Source: Phycisphaerae bacterium (lineage in GTDB: Bacteria > Planctomycetota > Phycisphaerae > SM23-33). From it: DNA of 32,226 nucleotides. The stretch is taken from the NCBI GenBank assembly GCA_049510055.1, contig JBEKZI010000017.1, forward strand, positions 1 through 32,226, written 5' to 3'. The position numbers and the translations under genes were made by a program. How positions within the stretch are numbered: the stretch's first letter is position 1; each line of letters opens with the position of its first letter. Positions 1 to 9,473 of the stretch are shown here, piece by piece. Under the pieces are notes generated by a model. That model worked only from the letters and a program-made list of their open reading frames with translations, ran no database searches and had not been told where the DNA came from.

Positions 1-146
1 TTGTTGGTGACGTAGCGGTCGTCGTCCCAGATGAAGCCGTTGTGGAGGTCCGGCAGGTAGGCCAGGACGGTGGCGGCCAGGATGAGGGCGGCCCCCAGCA
101 GGCCCGTCAGCGGGAAGGTATGCTTGGTTGTCAACTCTTGTGCCAT
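1..146 (-). CDS. N-terminal fragment (49 aa in window) of a membrane-anchored, probably TPR-type protein. Minus-strand translation: MAQELTTKHTFPLTGLLGAALILAATVLAYLPDLHNGFIWDDDRYVTNN.
   Basis: ATG at 146..144 is followed by a hydrophobic segment and the FIWDDDxYVxxN motif typical of N-termini of bacterial TPR membrane proteins. The ORF runs off the window edge. It is below the ORF-track length cutoff. Confidence 0.4.
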   Translation of the reverse strand, partial: MAQELTTKHTFPLTGLLGAALILAATVLAYLPDLHNGFIWDDDRYVTN

Positions 147-207
147 AGGGGCGATCCGCGGCATTCCAAGCCTAGACCTCCTTTGTAGCATCGCCGGCCG
201 GCCAAAT

Positions 208-242
208 AAAGCAGGCTTGCGCCTTCGCGCAAGCCTGCTTTA
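208..242. terminator. Perfect 15-bp inverted repeat (AAAGCAGGCTTGCGC-cttc-GCGCAAGCCTGCTTT), a likely intrinsic terminator downstream of argJ
   Basis: Seen directly in the sequence. On the minus-strand transcript the stem is followed by AUUUGG. It lies between the argJ stop (510) and the start of the next minus-strand gene (146). Confidence 0.6.
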
Positions 243-509
243 TGCCACGTGCCTTCCGGCTCGTATGCGGAGATCAGCACATCGCTGCAAAGCTGAGGAC
301 GATCAGCAGCACGACCCGCAGCTTTCGCTCGAACAAATGCCTGAACATCGCGATTACCTCCAAAGGCAATCTAGTGAAACCCGGTCAAACCATTTTATCG
401 CGCCGCCGCTGTTCGTAAAGAGGGAAAGTGGCTTTGGCGCGGGGTTTTCTCGGCAATGCCCTGAAAGTTAATCCGGGCAAGCTTTGCCGCCTGTAACGTT
501 TGCCGTCGG

Positions 510-1709
510 TTACGTGTGGTAGTCGGCGTTGATATGGATGTACTGGGCGGACAGGTCGCAAGTCCAGGTGGTGTAGCGGCCCTTGCCTAGATGGAGGTCG
601 CAGTCCACCGCGACGGTCTTGCCCATCAGTTTTCGTCGTAGTGCCGCGACGTTGCAGGGGGTCGGCACGCCGCGGCGGAAGACCACGATGCCGCCGATGC
701 GGATGGCCAATCGGGCGGGGTCCACCTTGGCGGCCGACTTGCCCAGCGCGGTGGCGATGCGGCCCCAGTTGGGGTCGCCGCCGTGCACGGCGCACTTGAA
801 CAGCGGCGAGTTGGCGACCGCCTTGGCGGCGATCTCCGCCTCCCCGGCCGACCGCGCACCGGCGACCGTGACGGCGATGAGCTTGGTGGCGCCTTCGCCG
901 TCGGCGGCGACGGCGCGGGCCAGCCGGCCGCAGACATCCGACAGGGCGGTCAGGAACTTGCGGTAGCCGGCCGAGCCGGCCGCCACCGGCCGATTGCCTG
1001 CCTGTCCGCTGGCCAGAAGGAACAGCGTGTCGGAGGTGGAGGTGTCGCTGTCCACCGTGACGGCGTTGAAGCTGCCCTCGGCGGCCGCCACGAGTGCCTT
1101 GTGCAGCGCCGCCGGCGCGATGGCCAGGTCGGTCGTCAGCACGGCGATCATCGTTGCCAGCGAGGGGGCGATCATGCCCGAGCCCTTGACCATGCCGGCC
1201 ACGGTGACGGTCTTGCCGCCGATGACGGTTCGGGCGACGGCGTATTTTTCGTGCAGGTCGGTGGTCATGATGGCCTGGAGTGCGGCGGAGTCGTGGCCGC
1301 GGCCAAGGCTGCCCACCGCGGCGGTGATGCCCGCGTGGATCTTGGCCATCGGCAGGCGGTGGCCGATGACGCCCGTGGAGGCCACCAGCACCTTGTTCGC
1401 CGTCGTGCCCAAGAGGCGCGCCGCCTGATGAGCCATCGTGGCGGCGTCGCGGTAGCCGGCCCGGCCCGTGCAGGCGTTGGCGCAGCCGGCGTTGATGACG
1501 ACGGCGCGGCAGCGGCCGAAACCGCCGGGCAGCACGCGGCGGCAGTAGCGCACCGGCTCGCCGAACACTTGGTTTCGCGTGGTCAGGATCGCCGCGGCCG
1601 CGTCGCGTGTGCAGGCGACGACGGCCAGGTCCTTTCGGCCGCTCTGTTTGATCCCGCAAGCCACCCCTGCGGAGCGGAAGCCTTTTGGCTTTGTGATATG
1701 TTGAGTCAT
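510..1709 (-). CDS. argJ: Bifunctional glutamate N-acetyltransferase / amino-acid acetyltransferase ArgJ (ornithine acetyltransferase)
   Basis: This is the C-terminal 400 aa of the 604-aa track ORF, starting at MTQHITKPKGFRSAGVACGIK. It contains the ArgJ motifs (ATMIAVLTTD self-cleavage region, GDPNWGR). The upstream part of that ORF is a high-GC read-through artefact. Confidence 0.9.
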   Translation of the reverse strand: MTQHITKPKGFRSAGVACGIKQSGRKDLAVVACTRDAAAAILTTRNQVFGEPVRYCRRVLPGGFGRCRAVVINAGCANACTGRAGYRDAATMAHQAARLLGTTANKVLVASTGVIGHRLPMAKIHAGITAAVGSLGRGHDSAALQAIMTTDLHEKYAVARTVIGGKTVTVAGMVKGSGMIAPSLATMIAVLTTDLAIAPAALHKALVAAAEGSFNAVTVDSDTSTSDTLFLLASGQAGNRPVAAGSAGYRKFLTALSDVCGRLARAVAADGEGATKLIAVTVAGARSAGEAEIAAKAVANSPLFKCAVHGGDPNWGRIATALGKSAAKVDPARLAIRIGGIVVFRRGVPTPCNVAALRRKLMGKTVAVDCDLHLGKGRYTTWTCDLSAQYIHINADYHT

Positions 1710-1765
1710 CTGTTGACTTTCGTTTTTGCTGATAGATTTTTCTTCACGGTATTCCGGTCCTCCGG

Positions 1766-2797
1766 TCAATAAAGTCCTGCCGTTTCCGCCAGGCCGAACA
1801 TGAGGTTCATGTTCTGGATGGCCTGGCCGGAGGCGCCCTTGACGAGGTTGTCCAGGGCGCTGAACAGGATCACCTTGCCCTTGGCGACGGCGGCGGAGAC
1901 GTCGCAGAAGTTGGTGTGCACGACGTATTTGGTGGCCGGCAGCACGTCGGTTCGCACGCGGACGAACGGGGCGTCGACGTAGGCCAGCTGGAGCGCGGCG
2001 ACGACGTCCTCGGCCTTGACGGACGGGTCGGCCGGGGCGGCGTAGATGCTGCACAGCATGCCGCGGTCCATCGGGCACAGGTGCGGCTGGAACAGGACGG
2101 CCGCCTTCTGGCCGGTGATCTGGGCGAGGGTCTGCTCGATTTCCGGCATGTGGCGGTGGGTGCCGACGGCGTAGGGCTCGAAGTTTTCGTTGCGCTCCGG
2201 GTAGTGGAAGCGCAGGCTCACGCCGCGCCCGGCGCCGCTGACGCCACTGATGGCGTTGACGGCGATGCCTTCCGGCTGGATCAGTCCGGCCCGCAGCACC
2301 GGCGCGATGGCCAGCACGCTGCACGTCGGATAGCAGCCGGGATTGGCCACCAGGTTGGCGGATTTAATCTGCGGGGCGAAGTATTCCGGCAGGCCGTAGA
2401 CCGCTTCGGCCAGGCCGGCCGGGTCGGTGTGCGGGCTGTACCATTTTTCGTACACCGCCGCGTCGGCGATGCGATAGTCGGCCGACCAATCGATCACCCG
2501 CAGACTCGCCTGGCGGAGCGCCGGGACGTAGCTCATGGCCACCTTGTGCGGCACGCAAAGCATGGCCAAGTCGGCGCCGGTAGCGGCGACCTTTTTGGCG
2601 TCGAACAGTTCCTGGGACAGCGTGACGTACTTGCTCAGCAGCGGGAAGAACCCCGCCATCGGGCCCAGCTCCGACGGCGGTCCGAACACGCCCACCAGTT
2701 GAGCGTGGGGGTGGCGCATGAGCCAGCGGATGGCCTCGAAGCCGGCGTAGCCGCTCCCGCCGACCAGCACGACGCGAATCTTTGAACTTTTTGGCAT
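1766..2797 (-). CDS. argC: N-acetyl-gamma-glutamyl-phosphate reductase ArgC
   Basis: The N-terminus is MPKSSKIRVVLVGGSGYAGFE (Rossmann fold). An active-site Cys lies in the PGCYPT context. A GGAGAG Shine-Dalgarno sits before the ATG at 2797. The gene lies immediately upstream of argJ on the same strand. Confidence 0.9.
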   Translation of the reverse strand: MPKSSKIRVVLVGGSGYAGFEAIRWLMRHPHAQLVGVFGPPSELGPMAGFFPLLSKYVTLSQELFDAKKVAATGADLAMLCVPHKVAMSYVPALRQASLRVIDWSADYRIADAAVYEKWYSPHTDPAGLAEAVYGLPEYFAPQIKSANLVANPGCYPTCSVLAIAPVLRAGLIQPEGIAVNAISGVSGAGRGVSLRFHYPERNENFEPYAVGTHRHMPEIEQTLAQITGQKAAVLFQPHLCPMDRGMLCSIYAAPADPSVKAEDVVAALQLAYVDAPFVRVRTDVLPATKYVVHTNFCDVSAAVAKGKVILFSALDNLVKGASGQAIQNMNLMFGLAETAGLY

Positions 2798-2900
2798 GTG
2801 TCTCTCCATGGGAATCTGTCGCAGCCGCAACGCCGGGCCGTGAGCTTCCCGGGACGTCCTTGCCGTGTAGTCTCTAGTTCTTGGTTTGTGGTCTCAAGTA

Positions 2901-2935
2901 AAAACCCCGGCACCGAAGGGCGCCGGGGTTGGGTT
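2901..2935. terminator. GC-rich hairpin (CCCCGGCaCC-gaag-GGcGCCGGGG) flanked by A/T runs, a likely terminator of the rplM-rpsI operon
   Basis: The minus-strand RNA reads CCCCGGCGCCCUUCGGUGCCGGGG followed by UUUUUAC. It lies between the rpsI stop (2955) and the argC start (2797). Confidence 0.6.
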
Positions 2936-2954
2936 TGTCGTGGGATAAGGCAGC

Positions 2955-3479
2955 TTAGCGTTTGGAGTACTGGAACCTCTTTCGGGCGCCCTTTTGGCCG
3001 TACTTTTTTCTTTCCTTCATCCTGGCGTCTCGGGTGAGCAGGCCGCGGTCGCGGAGCGCGGCTTCCGCCTCCGGGGCGGCCTTAACGATGGCGCGGGCCA
3101 GGCCGAGCAGGATCGCCCCGGCTTGGCCGCTGCGTCCGCCGCCGGCGACCTTTGCCCAGATGTCCCAGGCACCGACCATGTTCACCGCCGTCAGGGGGGC
3201 CGAGACGGCGTTGCGGTCCTTGATCTCGGTGAAGAATTTCTCCACGGCTCGATCGTTGACGAGAATTTTGCCGCTGCCGGGCCGAATCCGGACGCGGGCG
3301 ACGGCCTTTTTCCGCCGGCCCGTGCCCCAGATGTATTGCACGCCCGCCGGCAGGGGCGGGGCCGTGCGACCAGCGGCCTGCGGCGCCGGTGGTGCGGCCG
3401 GTGCCACCGCAGCGACCGGTGCCACCGGAGCGGCCGGTGCGGCGGTCGGAGTCTCAGCGTTTGTCTGTTCGTCAGCCAT
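2955..3479 (-). CDS. rpsI: 30S ribosomal protein S9 with a ~45-aa Ala/Pro-rich N-terminal extension
   Basis: The C-terminal 125 aa match S9, including QYIWGTGRRKKAVARVRIRPG and the C-terminal RKRFQYSKR. The N-terminus is a low-complexity PAAPVAPVAAVAPAAPPAP segment. Confidence 0.9.
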   Translation of the reverse strand: MADEQTNAETPTAAPAAPVAPVAAVAPAAPPAPQAAGRTAPPLPAGVQYIWGTGRRKKAVARVRIRPGSGKILVNDRAVEKFFTEIKDRNAVSAPLTAVNMVGAWDIWAKVAGGGRSGQAGAILLGLARAIVKAAPEAEAALRDRGLLTRDARMKERKKYGQKGARKRFQYSKR

Positions 3480-3506
3480 GGTCGATTGTTCCTGCGTTTC
3501 TGAAGA

Positions 3507-3938
3507 CTACAATTCCAGCGCCGCCGGCTGCTGAGCCTGGTGCTGATGCTCGCCGCCTGCGTACACCTTCAGCCGGCTGAACATCACTGTCCCCAGCTTG
3601 CTCTTGGGCAACATGCGGCGGACGGCCTCGGAGACGACGCGCTCGGGATGCTTGGCGAGCATCTCCTTCAGCGGGACGGTTCTCTGCCCGCCGGGATAGC
3701 CGCTGTAGGTCTGGTATTCGCGCTTGGCGAGCTTGGTGGAGCCGGTCACCTTCACCTTGGCGGCGTTGATGACGACCACAAAGTCGCCCATGGCCACGTG
3801 GGGCGTGTACTCCACGCGGTGCTTGCCCATCAGAATCCGGGCGATCTTGACAGCCATGCGGCCCACCACCTTGTCGGTGGCGTCCACCAGGTACCATCGG
3901 GCGGCGATCTCGCCGGTCTTGGCCATGTACGTCTTCAT
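3507..3938 (-). CDS. rplM: 50S ribosomal protein L13
   Basis: The N-terminus MKTYMAKTGEIAARWYLVDATDKVVGRMA is an L13 N-terminus. The gene is directly upstream of rpsI in the conserved rplM-rpsI order. Confidence 0.9.
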   Translation of the reverse strand: MKTYMAKTGEIAARWYLVDATDKVVGRMAVKIARILMGKHRVEYTPHVAMGDFVVVINAAKVKVTGSTKLAKREYQTYSGYPGGQRTVPLKEMLAKHPERVVSEAVRRMLPKSKLGTVMFSRLKVYAGGEHQHQAQQPAALEL

Positions 3939-4133
3939 TGTTTCATCCCAAGGCTGTCTGGGCAGCCTAAGCTAAAGAGTCGCGTATTATGGCGTTTACC
4001 GCGGATAAGTCAACGGCATTTCGCCCGGAAACGCAGAAACCGCCGCGTCCTTGCGTGGCTCGCCGGGAGGGCTTAGGCTGGCAAGGGCCGGGATGGCTGC
4101 GAAGGCGCCGTCCGGGCGGAAGGAGGTCGCACG

Positions 4134-4583
4134 ATGGAATACCAGGTTGGGCGAATCGGCCGCGTGATCGTGGCCAGGGCGTTCGAGGGCGAGGACCTCT
4201 ACGGCCAGGTCCAGGCCATCGCCGCCAAGGAGAATCTCCGCAGCGCGGCCGTCCTGGCCGTCGGCGGCCTGCGGCGGGCCAAGGTCGTGGTCGGCCCCAA
4301 GGACCCCCACGGCCCGATTGAGCCGCAATTTCGCCAATTCGACGACGCGCGCGAGATCGTCGGCGTCGGGACGATCTTCCCCGACGAGACCGGGCCCGTG
4401 CTGCACTTCCACGCCGGCATCGGTCGCGGCGCCGAGGCCATCGTGGGCTGCCCGCGCGGCGGGGCGAGCGTCTTCTGCGTGCTTGAGCTGATCCTCATCG
4501 AGATCGAGGGCATCGACGCGCGGCGGCTGCTGGACGAGCAATTGGGCCTCAAGCTGCTGCGTGTGGGTCCGGCGGCCCGGTAG
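4134..4583 (+). CDS. PPC-domain (DUF296 / COG1661, PD1-like) protein
   Basis: A 149-aa ORF with a strong GGAGGT Shine-Dalgarno. Fold-family recognition (VGGLRRAKVVVGP ... HFHAGIG ... ELILIEI) is by pattern memory. It is divergent from rplM. Confidence 0.65.
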   Translation: MEYQVGRIGRVIVARAFEGEDLYGQVQAIAAKENLRSAAVLAVGGLRRAKVVVGPKDPHGPIEPQFRQFDDAREIVGVGTIFPDETGPVLHFHAGIGRGAEAIVGCPRGGASVFCVLELILIEIEGIDARRLLDEQLGLKLLRVGPAAR

Positions 4584-4586
4584 GAG

Positions 4587-5687
4587 CTAGCGCCGGGGTT
4601 TTTTGCCCTTGGCTAAGGCTTTGAAGTATTTGATCCGCGTGCGGAGGGGCAGGCGCTGCGTGCATCGCTTTTCGCAAGCTCCGCAGAGGGTGCAAACTAA
4701 GGTGGCGGCGGGCGTCAGGTCCCAGTGCCATAGCAGCCGCCGCTTGACCCGCTCGTGGTCGCCGCCCAGCAGGCGGAAGTTGTAGGCGTCCATCAGCTTG
4801 GGCACCTCCACGCCGACCGGGCAGGGCAGGCAATAGCTGCAACCGGTGCACAGGTCGTTGAACACCGTCGGCATTTTCTTGCGCAGGACGGCCCTGTGGC
4901 TGGCAGGATAAGGGCGGAAGTTTTCCGCCACCGCCACGGCCTGGTCGATTTGCTTAGTGGTCTTGAAGCCCACCAGGGCCGACGTGACCGCCGGCTGGGA
5001 GAGGTTGAACCGCAAGGCCGCGTCCACGACGGAATCGTCGTCCTTGGCCCGCAGGAAGTCGAACCGCTTGGCGTGCTGGGGAATCAGGCCGCCGGCCAGC
5101 GGGTTCATCGTGACCACGCCCAGGTGCATCTTGGCGGCGGCGTCCAGGGCCTTCTGGCGGTAGGGGAAGTTCAGCGCGCAGTAGCCCAGCGTAACGCCCT
5201 CAAAGACCCCTTCGGCCAGCAGCTTGCCGAGGTCCTTGCCCGGCAGGTGCGAGGAGACGGCCAGGTGGCGGATGAGTCCTTCGTCCTTGGCCTTCATCGC
5301 GGCGGCCACGGCGCCGCCTTTCTTGCGCTGCTTCCACTGGTCGGGATTCACGATGCACCAGATGTGGAAGAAGTCGATGTAGGACGTGTTCAGCCGCTTG
5401 AGGGATTTCTCCAGGCTTTTGCGCAGCTTGGCGCCGTCGGCCTCCATGCACTTGGTGGACAGGTACACGCGTTTGCGATTCATCCGCCGCACGGCCGCCC
5501 CGATGATGTCCTCGCTTTTGTCCTTGCAGTAGAACGGGGCGGTGTCGAAGTAGTTGATGCCCCGCCGGTAGGCGTGCAGCACCAGCGAGGCGTTGGCATC
5601 GATGTCGCGGGGATCGGGAAAGCGCATGCCGCCGAAGCCGATGACGGAAATCTTCTCGCCCGTCTTGCCGTATTCCCTAGTGAGCAT
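4587..5687 (-). CDS. Aldo/keto reductase with a C-terminal Cys-rich 4Fe-4S-like domain (COG1453 family)
   Basis: The N-terminal half is an AKR TIM barrel (GFGGMRFP, YFDTA). The C-terminus carries two Cys clusters (CTGCSYCLPCP ... CTLCGACEKRC). Confidence 0.8.
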   Translation of the reverse strand: MLTREYGKTGEKISVIGFGGMRFPDPRDIDANASLVLHAYRRGINYFDTAPFYCKDKSEDIIGAAVRRMNRKRVYLSTKCMEADGAKLRKSLEKSLKRLNTSYIDFFHIWCIVNPDQWKQRKKGGAVAAAMKAKDEGLIRHLAVSSHLPGKDLGKLLAEGVFEGVTLGYCALNFPYRQKALDAAAKMHLGVVTMNPLAGGLIPQHAKRFDFLRAKDDDSVVDAALRFNLSQPAVTSALVGFKTTKQIDQAVAVAENFRPYPASHRAVLRKKMPTVFNDLCTGCSYCLPCPVGVEVPKLMDAYNFRLLGGDHERVKRRLLWHWDLTPAATLVCTLCGACEKRCTQRLPLRTRIKYFKALAKGKKPRR

Positions 5688-6861
5688 GCGGGGCGTCCTT
5701 CGGCGCGGGGCTGGGGGTCAGCGTCTTGTCCGCCAGGGCCTCGTGCAGCTCCTGGAGCTGCTTGCGGACGGGCAGGTTCTGGGGGCACTTGGTCTCGCAG
5801 GCGCCGCAGTCGCTACAGGCGTCGGCGGCCGCGCTGCGCTTTTTGGGGATCGGCCCTCGCTGGATGCTCCGGTAGGCCTTGCGGGCGTGGTCCCACAGGC
5901 CGTAGATCTTCGCGTGATTGTAGATTCGAAACAGGTGGGGAATGTTGATCTCTTTGGGGCAGGGCAGGCAGTACCCGCAGCCGGTGCAGTAAAGGTCCGC
6001 CAGCTTCGCCAGCCGCGCCAAGTGCTCGTCGATGGCTTTTTTGTCCTCCTCCGACAGGGGCGTGGCGTCCTCGGCCGTGGCGAGGTTTTCTTCCACCTGC
6101 TGCATCGTGCTCATGCCGCTCAGCGCCATCGAGACGTTCTGGTTGGACAGCACGAACCGTAACGCCAGCTCCGGCACGCGCTGGATGCCCGGAACGAGCT
6201 GCGCCAGCGTTTCGCTATCGGCGCCCAGCCGCCCGCCGCCCACCGGCCCCATGACCACCACGCCGATGCCCCGCTGGTGCGCGTAGGCAATGCCGTCCTC
6301 AAGCGAGCGGTCCAGCAGGTTGTACTGGAGCGTGATGGACTCGACATAGCCGGTGTCCACCACCTTCCGCAGGGCGTCGGGTGAGTCGTGGAACGAGCAG
6401 CAGATGTGCTTGATCAGCCCCTGGTCCTTGGCCTTGAGCATCCAGCGGCTCATCACCGGGGCGACGAACTCTTCGTACTTTGCCCAGCGGACGCCGTGGT
6501 GATTGTAGATGTCGATGCAGTCCACTTGCAGGCGTTCCAGGCTGTCGGTGAGGTTCTTCCACCATTCCTTCTCGTCGGTGCCGTAGTAGGGGTTCTTGGT
6601 GGAGACGATGACTTTTTCGCGCCCTCGCCCTCGCCAGCCCTTCAGGGCGTCGCCGACGGCGCGCTGGCTGTCGGCCTTGCAGTATCCCACGGCCGTGTCG
6701 ATGTAGTTCACCCCGGCCGCGAAGGCCCGGTGGATCATCGGGATCGCCAGCTCGCGGTTGACCCGCGCGGCGTCGCCCTCGCCGACCATGGGCAGGCGCA
6801 TCGCGCCGAACCCCAGTTGCGAGACGGCCAGCCCGGTCCTCCCCAAGGGACGGTGCAGCAT
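5677..6861 (-). CDS. Second aldo/keto reductase-Fe/S paralogue (COG1453 family)
   Basis: Same architecture as the downstream gene (GFGAMRLP, YIDTA, CTGCGYCLPCP ... CSDCGACETKCP). The start at 6861 is chosen for the AAAGGA Shine-Dalgarno; the track ORF extends further upstream. It overlaps the 5' end of the downstream paralogue by 11 nt. Confidence 0.75.
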   Translation of the reverse strand: MLHRPLGRTGLAVSQLGFGAMRLPMVGEGDAARVNRELAIPMIHRAFAAGVNYIDTAVGYCKADSQRAVGDALKGWRGRGREKVIVSTKNPYYGTDEKEWWKNLTDSLERLQVDCIDIYNHHGVRWAKYEEFVAPVMSRWMLKAKDQGLIKHICCSFHDSPDALRKVVDTGYVESITLQYNLLDRSLEDGIAYAHQRGIGVVVMGPVGGGRLGADSETLAQLVPGIQRVPELALRFVLSNQNVSMALSGMSTMQQVEENLATAEDATPLSEEDKKAIDEHLARLAKLADLYCTGCGYCLPCPKEINIPHLFRIYNHAKIYGLWDHARKAYRSIQRGPIPKKRSAAADACSDCGACETKCPQNLPVRKQLQELHEALADKTLTPSPAPKDAPHAH

Positions 6862-7020
6862 GGGAAGTCCTTTCTTGGCGAGGGGCGCTGGTGGATGCGG
6901 CGGCGCGCCCTCGCATGAACTTCCCAGTATAACCGCCGACGGCGTCCGGACCAAGGGCGTAGACAGGCAGGTGTGCCCGCGGGCCGAGCGAAGGAGTGAA
7001 GAAAGCCCCGAAAAGCCAGG

Positions 7021-7311
7021 TCAGGACTGTGCCGGTGCTGGCGGTGGCGGCTGGCCTTTGGGCGGCTCGTTCTTGGGCGGCTCCGGCGGCTTGCGCTTGG
7101 CGAGGGATTCGACCGGCCCGGCCGGCCCGCCGCCGGCGGCGGCCAGCTTCTCGCGCTTGATGGCCTCGTACACTTCCTTGCGGTGGACCGGGATGTGCGC
7201 CGGGGCGCTGATGCCCAGGCGCACCTTCTCCCCTCGGACGTCGACGATGGTAATCTCCACGTCGTCGCCGATCATGATGGATTCGTCGCGTTGTCTGGAC
7301 AGAACAAGCAT
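7021..7311 (-). CDS. csrA: Carbon storage regulator CsrA homologue with a Pro-rich C-terminal tail
   Basis: [49 protein letters not shown] is the CsrA fold consensus. There is a strong AAGGAAGGAG Shine-Dalgarno. About 35 extra C-terminal residues are rich in Pro, Gly and Lys. Confidence 0.8.
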   Translation of the reverse strand: MLVLSRQRDESIMIGDDVEITIVDVRGEKVRLGISAPAHIPVHRKEVYEAIKREKLAAAGGGPAGPVESLAKRKPPEPPKNEPPKGQPPPPAPAQS

Positions 7312-7491
7312 CCGGCGGCTCCTTCCTTGGAATAGCCGGTTTTTCCTGTCGCCCCCTTATGCCACAAACGCGGCGGGAGCGATAACTGATGTATATATCG
7401 TCAAATACATCGGGGGCCGTGAATAAGAAGTTTGGATGCCGATATGGCCGGAACCCTTGCCGCCGCGGGGGCTTTTGGCTACGGTGGGGGC

Positions 7492-8556
<1,065 letters not shown>

Positions 8557-8568
8557 ACGGCGGCACCC

Positions 8569-8610
8569 GGCATTAGGCAATGGGCACTAGGCATTAGGCA
8601 CCAGGCACTC
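8569..8610. repeat. Six tandem heptamers GGCAnnn (GGCATTA GGCAATG GGCACTA GGCATTA GGCACCA GGCACTC)
   Basis: Read directly from the sequence. It lies between the mtnA stop and the ssrA promoter region (TATAAT at about 8665). Confidence 0.5.
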
Positions 8611-8714
8611 GTGCAGGGGTTAGTCGCAGATGGACTTGGTCCTTCGGCCGGCCGATGGTGTATAATAAGGATGACACCAGAGGTCTGCCGACCAACAGGC
8701 AGGTCAACTCTTTC

Positions 8715-9066
8715 GGGGGCGAACTGGCTTCGACCGGACGAGTTGCGGTGTCGGTGGCGTGCCCAGGTTCCAAGGAGGCCTGGTAAAACACCTTGGACTA
8801 ACTTCAGATGCCAATCCCGAATTGGCACTGGCTGCCTAATTAGGTAGCCCGTCCGGTGGGTCTTGCCCGCGAGGCCCGCCAGGACGCAAGCAGCGGGCTT
8901 ACCGGCTGGGAGTGGCCCGGTTACCCAGTCGGGACATTATGGGCGGGCTCGCCTTCGCCGGACCGTGTCGCCGCGGGCCGGCGAGGGGAGACCAAAACAG
9001 CGACTACGCACGTAGAGGCCGGCACTGAAACGTCACGGGACCCGGGTTCGATTCCCGGCGCCTCCA
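8715..9066 (+). ncRNA. ssrA: tmRNA (SsrA), one-piece, ~352 nt
   Basis: The 5' end GGGGGCGAACUGGCUUCGACC matches the tmRNA consensus (GGGGnnGA..UUCGAC). The 3' end GGACCCGGGUUCGAUUCCCGGCGCCUCCA has a T-arm plus an acceptor strand that pairs with the 5' GGGGGCG (6 Watson-Crick pairs and 1 G-U pair). An in-frame tag ORF GCC AAU CCC GAA UUG GCA CUG GCU GCC UAA lies at 8810..8839, about 95 nt from the 5' end; the E. coli resume codon is at about 90 nt. An E. coli-like GCACGUAGA element precedes the T-arm. Confidence 0.8.
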
Positions 9067-9147
9067 TCCTGCTTCGCTCCGGCCTGAGGGGCCGGAGCTT
9101 CGCAGGACTTTGTCCTGCGAAGTAAGCGAAGCGAACTAAAAGCAGGT

Positions 9148-9192
9148 TGCCCTGCGTAGTCTCGGCGCGCCGGGACGAAGCAGGGCATTTTT
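9148..9192 (+). terminator. Intrinsic terminator after ssrA (stem TGCCCTGC ... GCAGGGCA with a nested GC hairpin, then TTTTT)
   Basis: The hairpin plus a T5 tract is read from the sequence. It is preceded by two further perfect hairpins at 9077..9097 and 9101..9119. Confidence 0.65.
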
Positions 9193-9473
9193 ACGTCATC
9201 AGCTCACCTGCGGCTTGCCCGGCTCGCCTCGCCACAGCGAGTCGCCGTGGCGACTTGGCAAGCCGCTGCCAGAAACTGTTTCGACCCCGGGAACACGTGC
9301 TCCATTCTACTTCGCTTCCCGCACGTCAGCCGGAAGCCATTCGCCAGTGCCCTCGTCTGTGGCCGACGTTCACGGTGCCAGAGCATGTTGCCGCTTACGG
9401 CGTGCGGCGCTTTGACGTAATATGACCGGCGGCGGCAACAGGCGCCTTTTGGGACTTTCCAGACGGGAAACGC

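Noticed and set aside
385-2324. Long overlapping ORFs (424, 329 and 604 aa) across the argJ region on both strands
   Set aside because: Only the 400-aa ArgJ reading frame has recognisable protein-family signal. The rest are alternative-frame or read-through artefacts.
3540-4076. 178-aa and other short ORFs over rplM, rpsI and the PPC gene
   Set aside because: They overlap well-supported ribosomal protein genes in other frames or on the other strand.
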